Notes under the pieces: generated by a model | The model's input: only the letters and a program-made list of their open reading frames with translations | Told to the model about the DNA's origin: nothing | The model's database searches: none | From: Spirochaetia bacterium | GTDB taxonomy: Bacteria; Spirochaetota; Spirochaetia; UBA9216 | Assembly: GCA_963675665.1 (NCBI GenBank) | Contig: OY776510.1 | Span: forward strand, 2,272,001-2,336,000 | Direction of reading: 5' to 3' | Length of the DNA stretch: 64,000 bases | Position numbers and translations under genes: made by a program | Part shown: positions 47,986 through 58,518 of the stretch, in pieces | How the letters are laid out: every line of letters begins with the position of its first letter | Numbering within the stretch: position 1 is the first letter of the stretch

Positions 47986-48909
47986 TTATATCTGAAGTTT
48001 GTTTTTGTTTTTTATTATGATCCTGCATCCGTACAGCAGAGTCAGGCCGCCGGTAATTTGAATCAGGTTTATTGTTTCCCCGAAAAAAAAGTACGAGAGA
48101 ATCCCTGTAGCGAATGGTACAAGTAATTGTACAGATGCTGCAATAATGATCCCGATTCTCGGAAGCAGGTAGTAGTATAATCCCTGTCCGCCGGCAATAC
48201 CCAGAAGGCCGGATCCGATTAATACGGTCCACTTCAATATCCCGGGGTTGCCGATAACAGCTTCCCCGGTCAGAAATGCAAAAGGTGTCAGTATTATCGA
48301 AACCATACTGAAGATAATTGTTACTATCAGAACAGGGGGCAGATGATCGGTAAGCCACATCCGGGTAGTAAGTCCTACGAAAGACCATGAGACAGCCGCA
48401 AGAAGAGCCATAAACACTCCTGCATTCATAGAGAAACCTACCTTTTCATCCTTAAATAAAATAACTGCAAGGGCGCCTGAGACTGCCATCACGATGGCAG
48501 TTATGGTTGTTCCGGATTTCAGCAGTTTTCTTTCTGCTGTAATAAAGATTGCTCCCGTTAAAAGAGAAAAAACAGCCTGTGACTGGTACAGAAGTATACC
48601 AAAAGCCGGTTGAATCAGAAAAAAACAGTATGTGTAAAACAATTGAAACGATATTGTACAGATGGCAATAACCAACATTCTGCTTAAGAAATAACCTGAT
48701 TTCTGCTTTATTATTGAAAGTTCTAGTCTGAGTTTTTTATTGATTATTACTACTGCCCATAGCACAGCAGAGGAGCTGAGGTAACGCAACCATACCTGGA
48801 AAGTCAGGGAAAAGTCCGCTTTAACCCATGCAATAGTTACCGGTGTAATAGCCCAGAAGAGAACCATGCCGGTAATAGGGACGATATCGGAAAATCTTCT
48901 TTTATTCAT
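47986..48909 (-). CDS. DMT/EamA-family transporter
   Basis: About 10 hydrophobic helices in two repeats, FFFGE near the C-terminus. Confidence 0.85.
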   Translation of the reverse strand: MNKRRFSDIVPITGMVLFWAITPVTIAWVKADFSLTFQVWLRYLSSSAVLWAVVIINKKLRLELSIIKQKSGYFLSRMLVIAICTISFQLFYTYCFFLIQPAFGILLYQSQAVFSLLTGAIFITAERKLLKSGTTITAIVMAVSGALAVILFKDEKVGFSMNAGVFMALLAAVSWSFVGLTTRMWLTDHLPPVLIVTIIFSMVSIILTPFAFLTGEAVIGNPGILKWTVLIGSGLLGIAGGQGLYYYLLPRIGIIIAASVQLLVPFATGILSYFFFGETINLIQITGGLTLLYGCRIIIKNKNKLQI

Positions 48910-48914
48910 TGAAA

Positions 48915-49769
48915 TTAAAATTTAAGATATGAAAGAGCCTGTTTTGTTTTATTAAGTCTGTTCACTACCGAGTCGCCCATTTGTATTGTAACTGCAATAT
49001 AGATCATATCAAGAAACATGTTTTGTACATGACGCGCCATCATAGCATCAGTTCGGTAATTCAGTTCTTCTGTATGTGATATAAGACAAACATCAGCAAG
49101 CTGTCCTAAAGTAGATTTTGCAGATCCTGTTATTGCTATTACTTTGGCTACAGGTTTCGATTCCTGAGCAGGTACAATCACATCTTTTGTAAGTCCTGAG
49201 AAAGAAATGCAAATCAGCAAATCTCCATCTTTTGGTTCAGTGAGCAGCATTGTATTAAAATGGCTGTCAGGACTGTAAAAACAGTTAAAGCCGAGACGTG
49301 TGAATTTGAATTTAGCGTTTTCACACATATATCCTGATTGTCCAAAGCCAAGAAAAATTATTCTCTTGGCTTTGAATATCAGATCGACCGCTTTTTCCAG
49401 AGAATTGTCATCAATCAGTGAATAATTGTCATGCAGAGTTTTTATAATTCCATTATAAATTTTTTCTTTTACCGTTGAGACATTGTCGTTTTCAGTCAAC
49501 TCGGAGTAAGCATGATAAAATGATTTGCCTGCAATTTCTGTTGCCAACGCAACCTTGAAATCATGATAACCGGAGAATCCCAGAATCCTGTAGAAACGCA
49601 CTATGGATGATTCACTTTTATTGCCGGTAGCTTCAGCAAGATCTGAAATAGACATTCGTATTACCTGGGATGAGTTTTTGCGAATGAAATCCGCAATCTT
49701 CTGTTGCATCTTTGTGAGTTCATCATACTTTTCGTTTATCTTGGCTAAAACAGGCGTATTAGTTGGCAT
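48915..49769 (-). CDS. RpiR/MurR-family regulator (HTH plus SIS)
   Basis: SISDLAE, SIVRFYRILGFSGYHDFK, ISFSGLT, VIAITG. Confidence 0.93.
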   Translation of the reverse strand: MPTNTPVLAKINEKYDELTKMQQKIADFIRKNSSQVIRMSISDLAEATGNKSESSIVRFYRILGFSGYHDFKVALATEIAGKSFYHAYSELTENDNVSTVKEKIYNGIIKTLHDNYSLIDDNSLEKAVDLIFKAKRIIFLGFGQSGYMCENAKFKFTRLGFNCFYSPDSHFNTMLLTEPKDGDLLICISFSGLTKDVIVPAQESKPVAKVIAITGSAKSTLGQLADVCLISHTEELNYRTDAMMARHVQNMFLDMIYIAVTIQMGDSVVNRLNKTKQALSYLKF

Positions 49770-49818
49770 AACAATAATATGATATGTTATAAAAGCTTAT
49801 CTGTAAACCCGAATATAA

Positions 49819-50257
49819 GAAATTATTTCTTTTGCTCAATTGGAAAATTTAGAAATATTTTCTTATATTACCGATTTTTAAAAACTTATTAGCATATTGC
49901 GCCAGCGATGATATACTTCTCCGGTAAAATTCTTTGAAATCATAAGAAATTTTTTTCTATAATATTTTTTAGATTGAGATTAATATTTATTTTTACTCTG
50001 ATCATAAAGGCAATTTTTTTATAATTTATTGCATCACGATTATAAATAATTATATTACAAGAAATTACAATAAAGATGTTTTGAACCGTCGAGTTTCTGC
50101 TTTTTTGTAACCTCACGAGATAAGAATAATCCTGGACATTAATTATGTTTTGAGAGGAAATTATTTCTATTCTTATTAAAAAAATACCTAAAAAAGAAAT
50201 AATTTCCCTTGACATCACGCTATTTTATGATAATCTATTAAAAAAGGAAAAAATTTC
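49819..50257. promoter_or_regulatory. Divergent control region with five GAAA-N3-TTTC boxes (putative RpiR operators)
   Basis: Boxes at 49819, 49852, 50157, 50196 and 50247; TTGACA at 50209. Confidence 0.55.
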
Positions 50258-50281
50258 TTTTTTTAATAATTCGGAGGCACA

Positions 50282-50959
50282 ATGCTTATAGAACTTTCAT
50301 ATCCTTTATCGGAGGATTCTCCCGTATATCCGGGGAGTCCTGCAGAACGATTCAGGGCTATTAACAGGATTAGTAATGGTGATGATTGCAATACTACAGT
50401 AATAGAACATTATATTCATGCCGGAACACATGTTGATGCGCCTTTCCATTTTTCAGCTACAGGAAAGACTATTGATCTGCTTCCGATTGAAGATTTCTGT
50501 TATGAAAGAGTAGCTCTGGTTGATTGTCCGCTTGAAAAGTCGGGTCTTGTAAGCAGAAATCAAATTAAAAATTGCCCCGATGCTGAAAATGCTGAAATTT
50601 TATTCCTTGATACAGGTTACGCATCAAGGAGAGGAAAAAAGAAAGAATATTGTGATGATTTTCCGGCTCTGTCGGAGGAAGCTGCATTGTTTATAAGGAC
50701 GGAACTGTTGAATGTGAAGGCTGTAGCAATAGACAGCCTGAGTATTGAAAGCGCTGTTTTGGGGGCTGTAAACGGATTTTCAGTACACCGGACCCTGCTT
50801 GACCCGGGTGTCTCGGAAGCTCGTCCGGTGATTATATTTGAAGATGTCAATATTGAGCTTCTTCGGGGTAAAAATGTCTTAAGGGTTTATGCTTTTCCTC
50901 TTAGGCTGAAGGGTGTAGACGGCTCTCCGGTAAATATTGTTGCGGAGGTTCAAGTATGA
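50282..50959 (+). CDS. Cyclase-family (KynB-like) metal-dependent hydrolase
   Basis: HAGTHVDAPFH, AIDSLS, PLRLKGVDGSP. Confidence 0.9.
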   Translation: MLIELSYPLSEDSPVYPGSPAERFRAINRISNGDDCNTTVIEHYIHAGTHVDAPFHFSATGKTIDLLPIEDFCYERVALVDCPLEKSGLVSRNQIKNCPDAENAEILFLDTGYASRRGKKKEYCDDFPALSEEAALFIRTELLNVKAVAIDSLSIESAVLGAVNGFSVHRTLLDPGVSEARPVIIFEDVNIELLRGKNVLRVYAFPLRLKGVDGSPVNIVAEVQV

Positions 50960-52206
50960 CAAAAGGTTTGGAGCGAAAAAGATCGGATAAAAAATCTATT
51001 GTAACAATTATCAAGTCGAAAACCTTGTCCTATAGTAATACTGATTTTTACTTTATGGTTAATGAGGCAATTGAAAATCTTGAAGCCAACGGGGTTAAAA
51101 TACCTTCCGCCGGCACGGTATTCATTAAGCCGAACCTGATCCTGAGCGCAACTGCAAAAGAGAGTATCACAACAGAACCCCGGTTTGTGTCAGCTTTGGT
51201 TTCCATATTAAAAGAGCGTGGAGTTGCTACTGTCTATGTCGGAGATTCTTCTGCCGGTTTCGCAGAAAGCAGCGAGGCTCTTGAGGCTACCGGAATGGGT
51301 AGAGCGGTTAAAGCCGCCGGTGCTGAACTTGTAAACATAGATGATCCTTCCGAGCGAAGAAATGTGCAGATGCCTGACAGCGATATTATGGCTGAAATAT
51401 CACTTCCGGTGAAAATGCTGGAAGCTGATGCAATTATAAATTTTGCAAAGCTTAAAACACACCGTTTTGGAGCTATGACCGGATCCACTAAGAACTGGGT
51501 AGGTTTGATTGATCAAAAAACCAGGCTGAAATACCATCAGGGGCAGCTGCCGAAGCTGGTGTCTGAAATTCATGGAATATTACCTGAAAGTATCTGTTTT
51601 ACTGATGGGGTTGTTATTGGAGAGGGTGATGGCCCGGATTTATCTGTTCCCCGGTTTCTGGGTGTACTTTTAGCATCAAATGATCCGGTGGCAAATGATT
51701 CCATTTCTTCGGAACTTTTATCCATTGATAAGAATGAACTGATTTTCCCATGGACTGCATATCTTGATGGTCATGGAGAGATCCTGAGAAACAATATCAC
51801 TCTTATAGGGCCTGATATTCAGGATATTGCGATCAAGGTTGAAAAACCGGTAGAAGTTCTTTATAACCGATTTCCATGTAATATGATAATCGGCGGAATG
51901 TGTCCGGGCTGTTTTGTCTGGTTTATCGGGCCGGCTCTTTTTTGGGAAAAGGAAGGGCTTTGGGAAAAGATAAACGAGAAAAAAGGCAGACCAACCTTTA
52001 TGCTCGGTTTTAATGCGGAAGATGTCCATTTTGAAAAACATCTGAAGGAAGGTCCATATTTTGTAATCGGTGATTGTACGAAAGAAAAATATCGTAACCA
52101 TCCCGAGACAGTTCATATTCCGGGGTGTACACCGGGTCCCGCTATCCCTGATATAGTGCTCAAGCATTGCGGAGAGCATTTGGCAATATGGGGGGATGAT
52201 GAATAA
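50956..52206 (+). CDS. DUF362 domain protein with a Cys-rich C-terminus
   Basis: IKPN, ITTEP, VGDS, KLKTH, KNWVG, GEGDGP, DPVAND; C-terminal CPGC, IGDC, PGCTP. Confidence 0.85.
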   Translation: MTKGLERKRSDKKSIVTIIKSKTLSYSNTDFYFMVNEAIENLEANGVKIPSAGTVFIKPNLILSATAKESITTEPRFVSALVSILKERGVATVYVGDSSAGFAESSEALEATGMGRAVKAAGAELVNIDDPSERRNVQMPDSDIMAEISLPVKMLEADAIINFAKLKTHRFGAMTGSTKNWVGLIDQKTRLKYHQGQLPKLVSEIHGILPESICFTDGVVIGEGDGPDLSVPRFLGVLLASNDPVANDSISSELLSIDKNELIFPWTAYLDGHGEILRNNITLIGPDIQDIAIKVEKPVEVLYNRFPCNMIIGGMCPGCFVWFIGPALFWEKEGLWEKINEKKGRPTFMLGFNAEDVHFEKHLKEGPYFVIGDCTKEKYRNHPETVHIPGCTPGPAIPDIVLKHCGEHLAIWGDDE

Positions 52207-52846
52207 AAAGATAATTGATTTAAGTTATCCTGTTACGGATTCAATGCTTGTATATCCCAATACCGAGCGACCTTCTTTCTCCTGGAAGGCAAGGGTTAAT
52301 TCGGAAGGTTATAATTTAACAAGGATAACAATGTTGGTTCATACAGGAACACATGTTGATTCGCCTCTCCATTTTCTTGCGGACGGAAAACCAGTTGATG
52401 AGATGTCTTTGAAATATTTTTATGGTGAAACTATTATTTTCAGGCTTAAAAAAAATATTTACGGGCAGGAATTCGGCGCTGAGGAATTGGAGCCTTCGCT
52501 TGACGAGTTAAAAGAGGGTGAGATTTTTGTTGTAGAAACCGGAATAGGGCATTATGCAGAGACTGCGGATTATAACCGCCTTTATCCGTGGCCTTCGAAG
52601 AATCTTGTAAATCTTCTTGTAAGAAAAAAAATATGTTCATATATGACAGATGCAACGGCAGTTGACCCTGTTGGTTCTCCCGACAACGGCATTCATAAGG
52701 CCCTGTTTAAAGCCGGAATTCCTATTGTTGAGAATCTGGCTAATCTGGATAAAATTCCCGCTGGAAAGAGATGGATTATAAGTGCATTACCGTTGAAACT
52801 GTCCGGCCGGGAAGGTTCTCCTTGCAGGGCCGTGGCAATTCTTTAG
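52199..52846 (+). CDS. Second cyclase-family hydrolase
   Basis: HTGTHVDSPLH, IVENLANL, PLKLSGREGSPCRA. Confidence 0.9.
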   Translation: MNKKIIDLSYPVTDSMLVYPNTERPSFSWKARVNSEGYNLTRITMLVHTGTHVDSPLHFLADGKPVDEMSLKYFYGETIIFRLKKNIYGQEFGAEELEPSLDELKEGEIFVVETGIGHYAETADYNRLYPWPSKNLVNLLVRKKICSYMTDATAVDPVGSPDNGIHKALFKAGIPIVENLANLDKIPAGKRWIISALPLKLSGREGSPCRAVAIL

Positions 52847-52893
52847 CGCATTAAACGGCTGTTTGCCGGATTAAGTTTTTATGGAGGTTTAAA

Positions 52894-53925
52894 ATGATTA
52901 AACGAATGTTTTTGGTACTTTTGGTACTGATGGTTGGGATTGGATTCTCTGCGTTTGCCGAAGGGCAGCAGGAATCTTCAGCTGGAAGCGGAGACGGCTA
53001 TGTTATCGGCCTGAGTAATTACAGCCTCGGTAATTCATGGCGGGTTCAGATGATGGAAGAAGCTCGCTTTGAAGCTGACAATAATCCAATGGTTAAGCAG
53101 CTTATTACTACTGAGGCAAACGGCGATACCGCAAAGCAGATAGCTGATATTGAAGACCTTATCGCACGCGGTGTAGATGCTATTTGCATAACCGCATCAA
53201 ACCCGAAAGCCCTTATCCCGGTAGTTGATAAGGCAATGGCGGCCGGCATTGTAGTTGTTGACTTCGACAATGTTGTTGATACGGATAATATTACCTCGCA
53301 TGTTATTGTAGATCAAATTGATTTTGGTCGTGTTCAGGCTGAATGGCTTGTTGAAGCAATGGGCGGCAAGGGTAATGTAGTAGCTTTTAACGGAATCAAG
53401 GGTACTTCGGTATCAGCAGGAAGATATGCCGGCGCAATGTCTGTGCTTGATCAGTATCCGGAGATTGAAATAATCAATGTTGTTTATGCCGACTGGGATT
53501 TTGCCAAGGCAAAAAGAGCAATGGAGAATATAATAGCTTCAAACGCGCAGGTCGACGGTGTTTGGTCGCAGGGCGGCGCAATGAGTGAGGCCGTAGTAAA
53601 AGCCTATAATGAAAGAGGATTGGATATACCGCCTGTTACCGGTGAAGATGGAAACGGGTTCCTGAAGGTATGGAAAAAGCTTAAGGACGGCGGCAGCAGT
53701 TTTGATTCAATAGCTACTTCAATGCCGACATGGATAAGCAAAAAAGCTATGCAGGTTGCAATTGATGCTCTTGACGGCAAAGCTGTTGCAAAAGAAATTA
53801 CTCTTCCGATTCCTACTATAAATGCAGCGGAACTGGATGACTATGTACGGACCAGCCTTTCCGACGCATTCTGGTGTAATTCTCAATTACCCGATGAGCG
53901 TGTAAAGGCTCTTTTCGAGAATTAA
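52894..53925 (+). CDS. Sugar ABC transporter substrate-binding protein (RbsB-like)
   Basis: Signal peptide, NSWR, QIADIEDLIARGVDAI, GED. Confidence 0.9.
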   Translation: MIKRMFLVLLVLMVGIGFSAFAEGQQESSAGSGDGYVIGLSNYSLGNSWRVQMMEEARFEADNNPMVKQLITTEANGDTAKQIADIEDLIARGVDAICITASNPKALIPVVDKAMAAGIVVVDFDNVVDTDNITSHVIVDQIDFGRVQAEWLVEAMGGKGNVVAFNGIKGTSVSAGRYAGAMSVLDQYPEIEIINVVYADWDFAKAKRAMENIIASNAQVDGVWSQGGAMSEAVVKAYNERGLDIPPVTGEDGNGFLKVWKKLKDGGSSFDSIATSMPTWISKKAMQVAIDALDGKAVAKEITLPIPTINAAELDDYVRTSLSDAFWCNSQLPDERVKALFEN

Positions 53926-53934
53926 AAGTAGTGG

Positions 53935-53967
53935 AATATGTTCCCGGATTATACCGGGAACAATATT
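53935..53967 (+). terminator. Intercistronic stem-loop after the SBP gene
   Basis: TGTTCCCGG-ATTATA-CCGGGAACA. Confidence 0.55.
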
Positions 53968-53980
53968 TTTATCTTAAAGG

Positions 53981-55513
53981 ATGACAGACCAGATGCATAA
54001 AACAGATATTCTGTTGGAAATGAAAAATATTACTAAAAGTTTTCCCGGCACCTTAGCTGTTGATTCTGTAGGTTTCGATTGCAGGTCCGGAGAGGTTCAT
54101 TGTCTGGTAGGAGAAAACGGCGCCGGCAAGAGTACCCTTATGAAGATGCTGGCAGGTATTCATCAGCCTGATTCGGGTACGATTTTTATAGATGGAGCAA
54201 AATGTATTCTGCGTAATAATGCTGAAGCCCGTAAAAACGGTATAGGAGTGGTATACCAGGAGTTGTCACTTCTGCCGGACTGTTCGGTAGCAGAGAATAT
54301 ATCGATGGGAATGTGGCCCAGGAGGGGCATTCGAATCGATTGGCAGAAAATAAATAAAATCGCTGAAGATGTCCTTTCCGGTGTAAACCTTAGAATTAAA
54401 CCCGATGAACTTATAAGCGGTCTTCCGATGGCTGTGCGGCAAATGGTTGAAATTGGAAAGGTCCTGTCTCAGCAGCCCAAACTGATAATTTTTGACGAGC
54501 CCACAGCGTCACTTTCAAAAGAGGAAGTCAAAATTCTATTCGGGATAATCAGGAAACTTAGGGATGAGGGCAAGGGTATAATATATATATCACACCGGCT
54601 TGAAGAGGTTTTTGAGCTTGCTGATCGTGTAACAGTCATGAAAGACGGTAAAAAAGTGGTTACAGATAATATTTCAGCTTTTGATGAAAATAAATTGATC
54701 TCAAAGATGGTAGGAAGAGATCTGAAAGAAGTTTTTCCGCCAAAAGCTGAAAAAAGTAATGATAAAAAAATATTTTCAATGTCGGTCAAATACTTGCCTG
54801 AATCAAAACCTGTTTCGCTTTCGGTAAATGAAGGGGAGGTCCTTGGGATTGGGGGACTGCAGGGACAGGGGCAGATTAAACTGTTGCAGTCAATTTTCGG
54901 GCTTGAGGCGGTTGATGAACTTTCTGTTATGATTCATGGCCGTAAGTTGAACGTCAGAAACCAGGCTGATGCCGTTCGATTAAAAATTGCATTAGTACCG
55001 GAAAACCGAGGTGAAGAGGGGGTATTCTCCGGAGCTTCCGTTTATGAGAATCTGGCTGCTGCAACTTTGGACATGCGCAAGAAAGCAGGTTTTATTAAGA
55101 AAAAACAAGAGAAGTCTGATGTAGACAGAATGGTGAAAGAGCTTGCTGTGAAGATCAGCAGTGACTTGCAACCGGCTGATTCGCTATCCGGCGGTAATAT
55201 GCAGAAACTGGTTATCGGTAAATGGCTTCTCGCTGATCCGGATGTAATTATTCTTTTGGAACCGACCAGGGGAGTAGATGTAGGAACCAAACAGCAGATC
55301 TACAGGATTATAAGGAAACTTGCAGATGAAAAAGCTGCAGTAATTATTTATACAAGCGACATGCTTGAATTGATTGGCGTAAGCGACAGGGTTATGGTGA
55401 TGAACCATAATTGTTTTACGGCAGAACTGCAGGGTGATGAGATTACAGAAGAGAATATCATGAAAGGAGCAGTTGCTGCTTTTGATATTAATGGAAATGA
55501 GGTTAGAGAATGA
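53981..55513 (+). CDS. Sugar ABC transporter ATPase (tandem NBD, RbsA-like)
   Basis: GENGAGKS, DEPT, ISHRL, LSGGNMQK, EPTRGVDVG. Confidence 0.93.
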   Translation: MTDQMHKTDILLEMKNITKSFPGTLAVDSVGFDCRSGEVHCLVGENGAGKSTLMKMLAGIHQPDSGTIFIDGAKCILRNNAEARKNGIGVVYQELSLLPDCSVAENISMGMWPRRGIRIDWQKINKIAEDVLSGVNLRIKPDELISGLPMAVRQMVEIGKVLSQQPKLIIFDEPTASLSKEEVKILFGIIRKLRDEGKGIIYISHRLEEVFELADRVTVMKDGKKVVTDNISAFDENKLISKMVGRDLKEVFPPKAEKSNDKKIFSMSVKYLPESKPVSLSVNEGEVLGIGGLQGQGQIKLLQSIFGLEAVDELSVMIHGRKLNVRNQADAVRLKIALVPENRGEEGVFSGASVYENLAAATLDMRKKAGFIKKKQEKSDVDRMVKELAVKISSDLQPADSLSGGNMQKLVIGKWLLADPDVIILLEPTRGVDVGTKQQIYRIIRKLADEKAAVIIYTSDMLELIGVSDRVMVMNHNCFTAELQGDEITEENIMKGAVAAFDINGNEVRE

Positions 55514-56508
55514 GAGTACAGCAACGCGACAGAATGATGTATGTCCCCGTATATGTAATTGCGGTACTTATTTATATTACAGCATGTATATTACAGCCAA
55601 GGTTTTTGACCTGGGCCAATAATGTAAACCTCTTAACTCGGATTACCCCGCTTTTACTTGCCGGTATTGCACAGATGTTTGTGCTTCTGACAGGCGGGAT
55701 TGATTTATCAGTTGGGGCTATAATAGGTTTTACAAATGTAATAGCCGCAAGTTTGCCTTTTGTAGATACGCCGGCGAATATTATACTTTGGGCAATCATT
55801 CCAGTTATTGCCGGCCTTCTGATAGGGTTATCAAACGGTTTTATAATTGCACATTGGGGGTTTCCTCCGTTTATAGTGACACTTGCTACAAGCACAATAT
55901 GGACCGGTGCTACGCTGTTTATTATGGATGTTCCGGGCGGTGAAATTTCGACGGCAGTTTACCGATCGCTCACAGGAAAGTTATTCGGTGTTGTCCCGAT
56001 GCCGCTTCTGATAATAATAACAGTGCTCTTTTTAACCGGGTTTATTTTAAAGAAAACTGTTTTTGGTCGTTCGGTTTATGCAATCGGAGGTAATAAGCAA
56101 ATTGCTGTTGAATCCGGAATTAACGCAAATAGAATCGAAATATCGGTATATGGAGTCAGCGGGATGTACTCTGCTCTTGCGGGTATGTTTTTATCGGCAA
56201 TGATGATATCCGCCGATCCGCTGGTTGGCGAACCTTATGTAATGAACTCCATTGCAGTTGCCGTTATCGGCGGGGTAGCTCTGTCCGGTGGACGCGGAGG
56301 GGTTACAGGGATCCTCGGAGCGGCATATATCTTCTATTTAATAGATAATATTTTAAACCTGGTAGGGGTGTCAACATTTTACCAGTATGTTGCCAAGGGG
56401 CTGGTGATTATAATTGCTCTGACAATAACATCATTGAATAGTGAAGATAATACGAACCGGAACTTGTTCTCCGGAATAAAGAATGCACTTCGACTGGGGG
56501 GCAGATAA
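55510..56508 (+). CDS. Sugar ABC transporter permease
   Basis: GGIDLSVG, FGRSVYAIGGN, VIGGVALSGGRG. Confidence 0.92.
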   Translation: MRVQQRDRMMYVPVYVIAVLIYITACILQPRFLTWANNVNLLTRITPLLLAGIAQMFVLLTGGIDLSVGAIIGFTNVIAASLPFVDTPANIILWAIIPVIAGLLIGLSNGFIIAHWGFPPFIVTLATSTIWTGATLFIMDVPGGEISTAVYRSLTGKLFGVVPMPLLIIITVLFLTGFILKKTVFGRSVYAIGGNKQIAVESGINANRIEISVYGVSGMYSALAGMFLSAMMISADPLVGEPYVMNSIAVAVIGGVALSGGRGGVTGILGAAYIFYLIDNILNLVGVSTFYQYVAKGLVIIIALTITSLNSEDNTNRNLFSGIKNALRLGGR

Positions 56509-56509
56509 T

Positions 56510-57481
56510 ATGGTCAATACACTGCAGCAGAACAGTCTCCTCGAGGTACTGAAAAGAAATAAAATTATTGTCTTGCTTTTAGCAGTTATTATCGGAATGT
56601 TTGTAATTGGAGAATTTCTGTCGGCCGGTTTCGCTTCTTTTGGACATATAAAAGATATTCTAAGAACCGCTTCTTTTGTAGGTATTTGTGCAATAGGTCA
56701 GACGCTTGTTATTCTTACCGGTGGAATAGATTTGACTATCGGTTCGTTGATTACAATGGGTCAGATATACGGTTGTATGTTTGTGAACGGATATGATGCA
56801 AATACCGGATGGGCGTTTCTTCTTGTTCTGTTGATGGGCGCAGGATTCGGGTTGTTAAACGGTGCAGGTATTTCATTTGTCAGGATTTCTCCACTTGTAA
56901 TGACGCTGGCTACGAGTTCACTGGTAAACGGGGTTATGCTGATCTCCATAAACGGCGCGCCGCGCGGCGTTGCGTCTCCGATTCTGGAGCATATCGGTGC
57001 AAGAACAACAGCCGGTTTGCCGTCTATCTTATGGGTATGGATAATTATGTCTGCCATAACCCTGATCTTTTTACGTAAGACGGTAGTCGGCAGGAAAATA
57101 TATCACCTGGGAATGAATCCGACAGCTGCAAAGTTTACCGGAATTAAAATTAGGGGATTGAGAACCCTTGTTTACTGTATCAGCGGAGTCTTGTCTACGC
57201 TAACAGGGTTTTTACTTGCCGGCAACACGTCCAGGGCATTTCTGGAATCGGGAACAGAGTACACAATGTGGTCCATTACGGCAGTCGTTATCGGCGGTAC
57301 AGCTATGACCGGCGGGAAAGGCGGTTATCTTGGAACTGCGGCCGGGGCAGTAATTATAATAATGCTGGAAGGTATTTTAACGGTGGTTAAAATGCCCGAG
57401 GCCGGAAGAAAAATGGCAAACGGAATAATTGTTCTTATAATGATTATGATTTACTACAGAAAGAAAAAGAACGGTAAATAG
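56510..57481 (+). CDS. Sugar ABC transporter permease 2
   Basis: GGIDLTIG, VIGGTAMTGGKG. Confidence 0.92.
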   Translation: MVNTLQQNSLLEVLKRNKIIVLLLAVIIGMFVIGEFLSAGFASFGHIKDILRTASFVGICAIGQTLVILTGGIDLTIGSLITMGQIYGCMFVNGYDANTGWAFLLVLLMGAGFGLLNGAGISFVRISPLVMTLATSSLVNGVMLISINGAPRGVASPILEHIGARTTAGLPSILWVWIIMSAITLIFLRKTVVGRKIYHLGMNPTAAKFTGIKIRGLRTLVYCISGVLSTLTGFLLAGNTSRAFLESGTEYTMWSITAVVIGGTAMTGGKGGYLGTAAGAVIIIMLEGILTVVKMPEAGRKMANGIIVLIMIMIYYRKKKNGK

Positions 57482-57489
57482 GAGACAGT

Positions 57490-58518
57490 ATGTATTTAGC
57501 ATCAATCGACTGCGGAACTACCAATTCAAGAGTTTATATAATAGATAAGGATGAAAGGATTGTAGGGAAGGGAGTCAGAAAGGTCGGTGTTCGTGATACC
57601 TCAATGACAGGAAGCAAGGATACTTTGAAAAATGGACTTAAAGATGCTTTTCATGAGGCAGTTGGAAATGCAGGACTGAAAGTAGAAGATATAAGTTTTG
57701 CAGTATCGGCAGGAATGATCACATCTGAGATTGGCCTGATTGAGATACCGCATCTCTGGGTGCCCGCCGGACCTGAAGAACTGGCTGCCGGATTAAAAAA
57801 AGTCCACGATCTTAATATTTTTCCTGTGGATATTCCCATATATTTCATTCCGGGAATAAAAAATAAATTTGATCCGGAGAATACAAAACCGGAGCAAGTC
57901 GGAATGCTTGATTTTATGAGAGGTGAAGAGGCTCAGGTTGCGGGAATACTTGCCGGTTTTGGAATTGAATTGCCTTTTACGATGGTTATTCTTTCTTCTC
58001 ATACAAAGTTTATATCTTTAAGTAAGGAAGGAAAGGTCCTCAGCAGCTTAACAACTCTTTCCGGACAAGTGTATGAAGCAATCAAGAAAGAAACATTTCT
58101 GGGAAAATCAATCGAAGCTCCGGAAGGTGAGAATGAGCCCGACGGTTATTTTGATACCGGTGTTATAGATTATGGTTTTAAATGGATTGAAAGCGGAGGA
58201 TTTCTGAGATCTCTTTTAATGACACGTTTTCTTGATGTTCTGCTTAAAACAAAATGGTATGAACGAAAGTTGTTTGTTGAGTCTCTCATTGCTTCAGAGG
58301 ACATGCACTCTCTTAATCAGTTTGACGAGATGGGTCTTCCGAAGGATTCAAACATTGTGCTCGTCGGGCATGAAGGCCGCTGCAGGATCTATGAACATAT
58401 ATTGAAAAATAAAATGAACTGGAACGGCGGAGTCCGGTCAATAACAAATGTGGACGACATCGATATGCTTAATATAAAGGGATCTATCGATATTCTGAAA
58501 AGAGCGGGTGTACTGTAA
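57490..58518 (+). CDS. dgoK: 2-dehydro-3-deoxygalactonokinase family
   Basis: IDCGTTNSR, GMITSEIG, DFMRGEE, SHTK. Confidence 0.85.
   Translation: MYLASIDCGTTNSRVYIIDKDERIVGKGVRKVGVRDTSMTGSKDTLKNGLKDAFHEAVGNAGLKVEDISFAVSAGMITSEIGLIEIPHLWVPAGPEELAAGLKKVHDLNIFPVDIPIYFIPGIKNKFDPENTKPEQVGMLDFMRGEEAQVAGILAGFGIELPFTMVILSSHTKFISLSKEGKVLSSLTTLSGQVYEAIKKETFLGKSIEAPEGENEPDGYFDTGVIDYGFKWIESGGFLRSLLMTRFLDVLLKTKWYERKLFVESLIASEDMHSLNQFDEMGLPKDSNIVLVGHEGRCRIYEHILKNKMNWNGGVRSITNVDDIDMLNIKGSIDILKRAGVL

Noticed and set aside
52851-52874. TTAAACGGCTGT shared with the apex of the 26.7-kb hairpin
   Set aside because: It is only 12 nt, with unrelated flanks.
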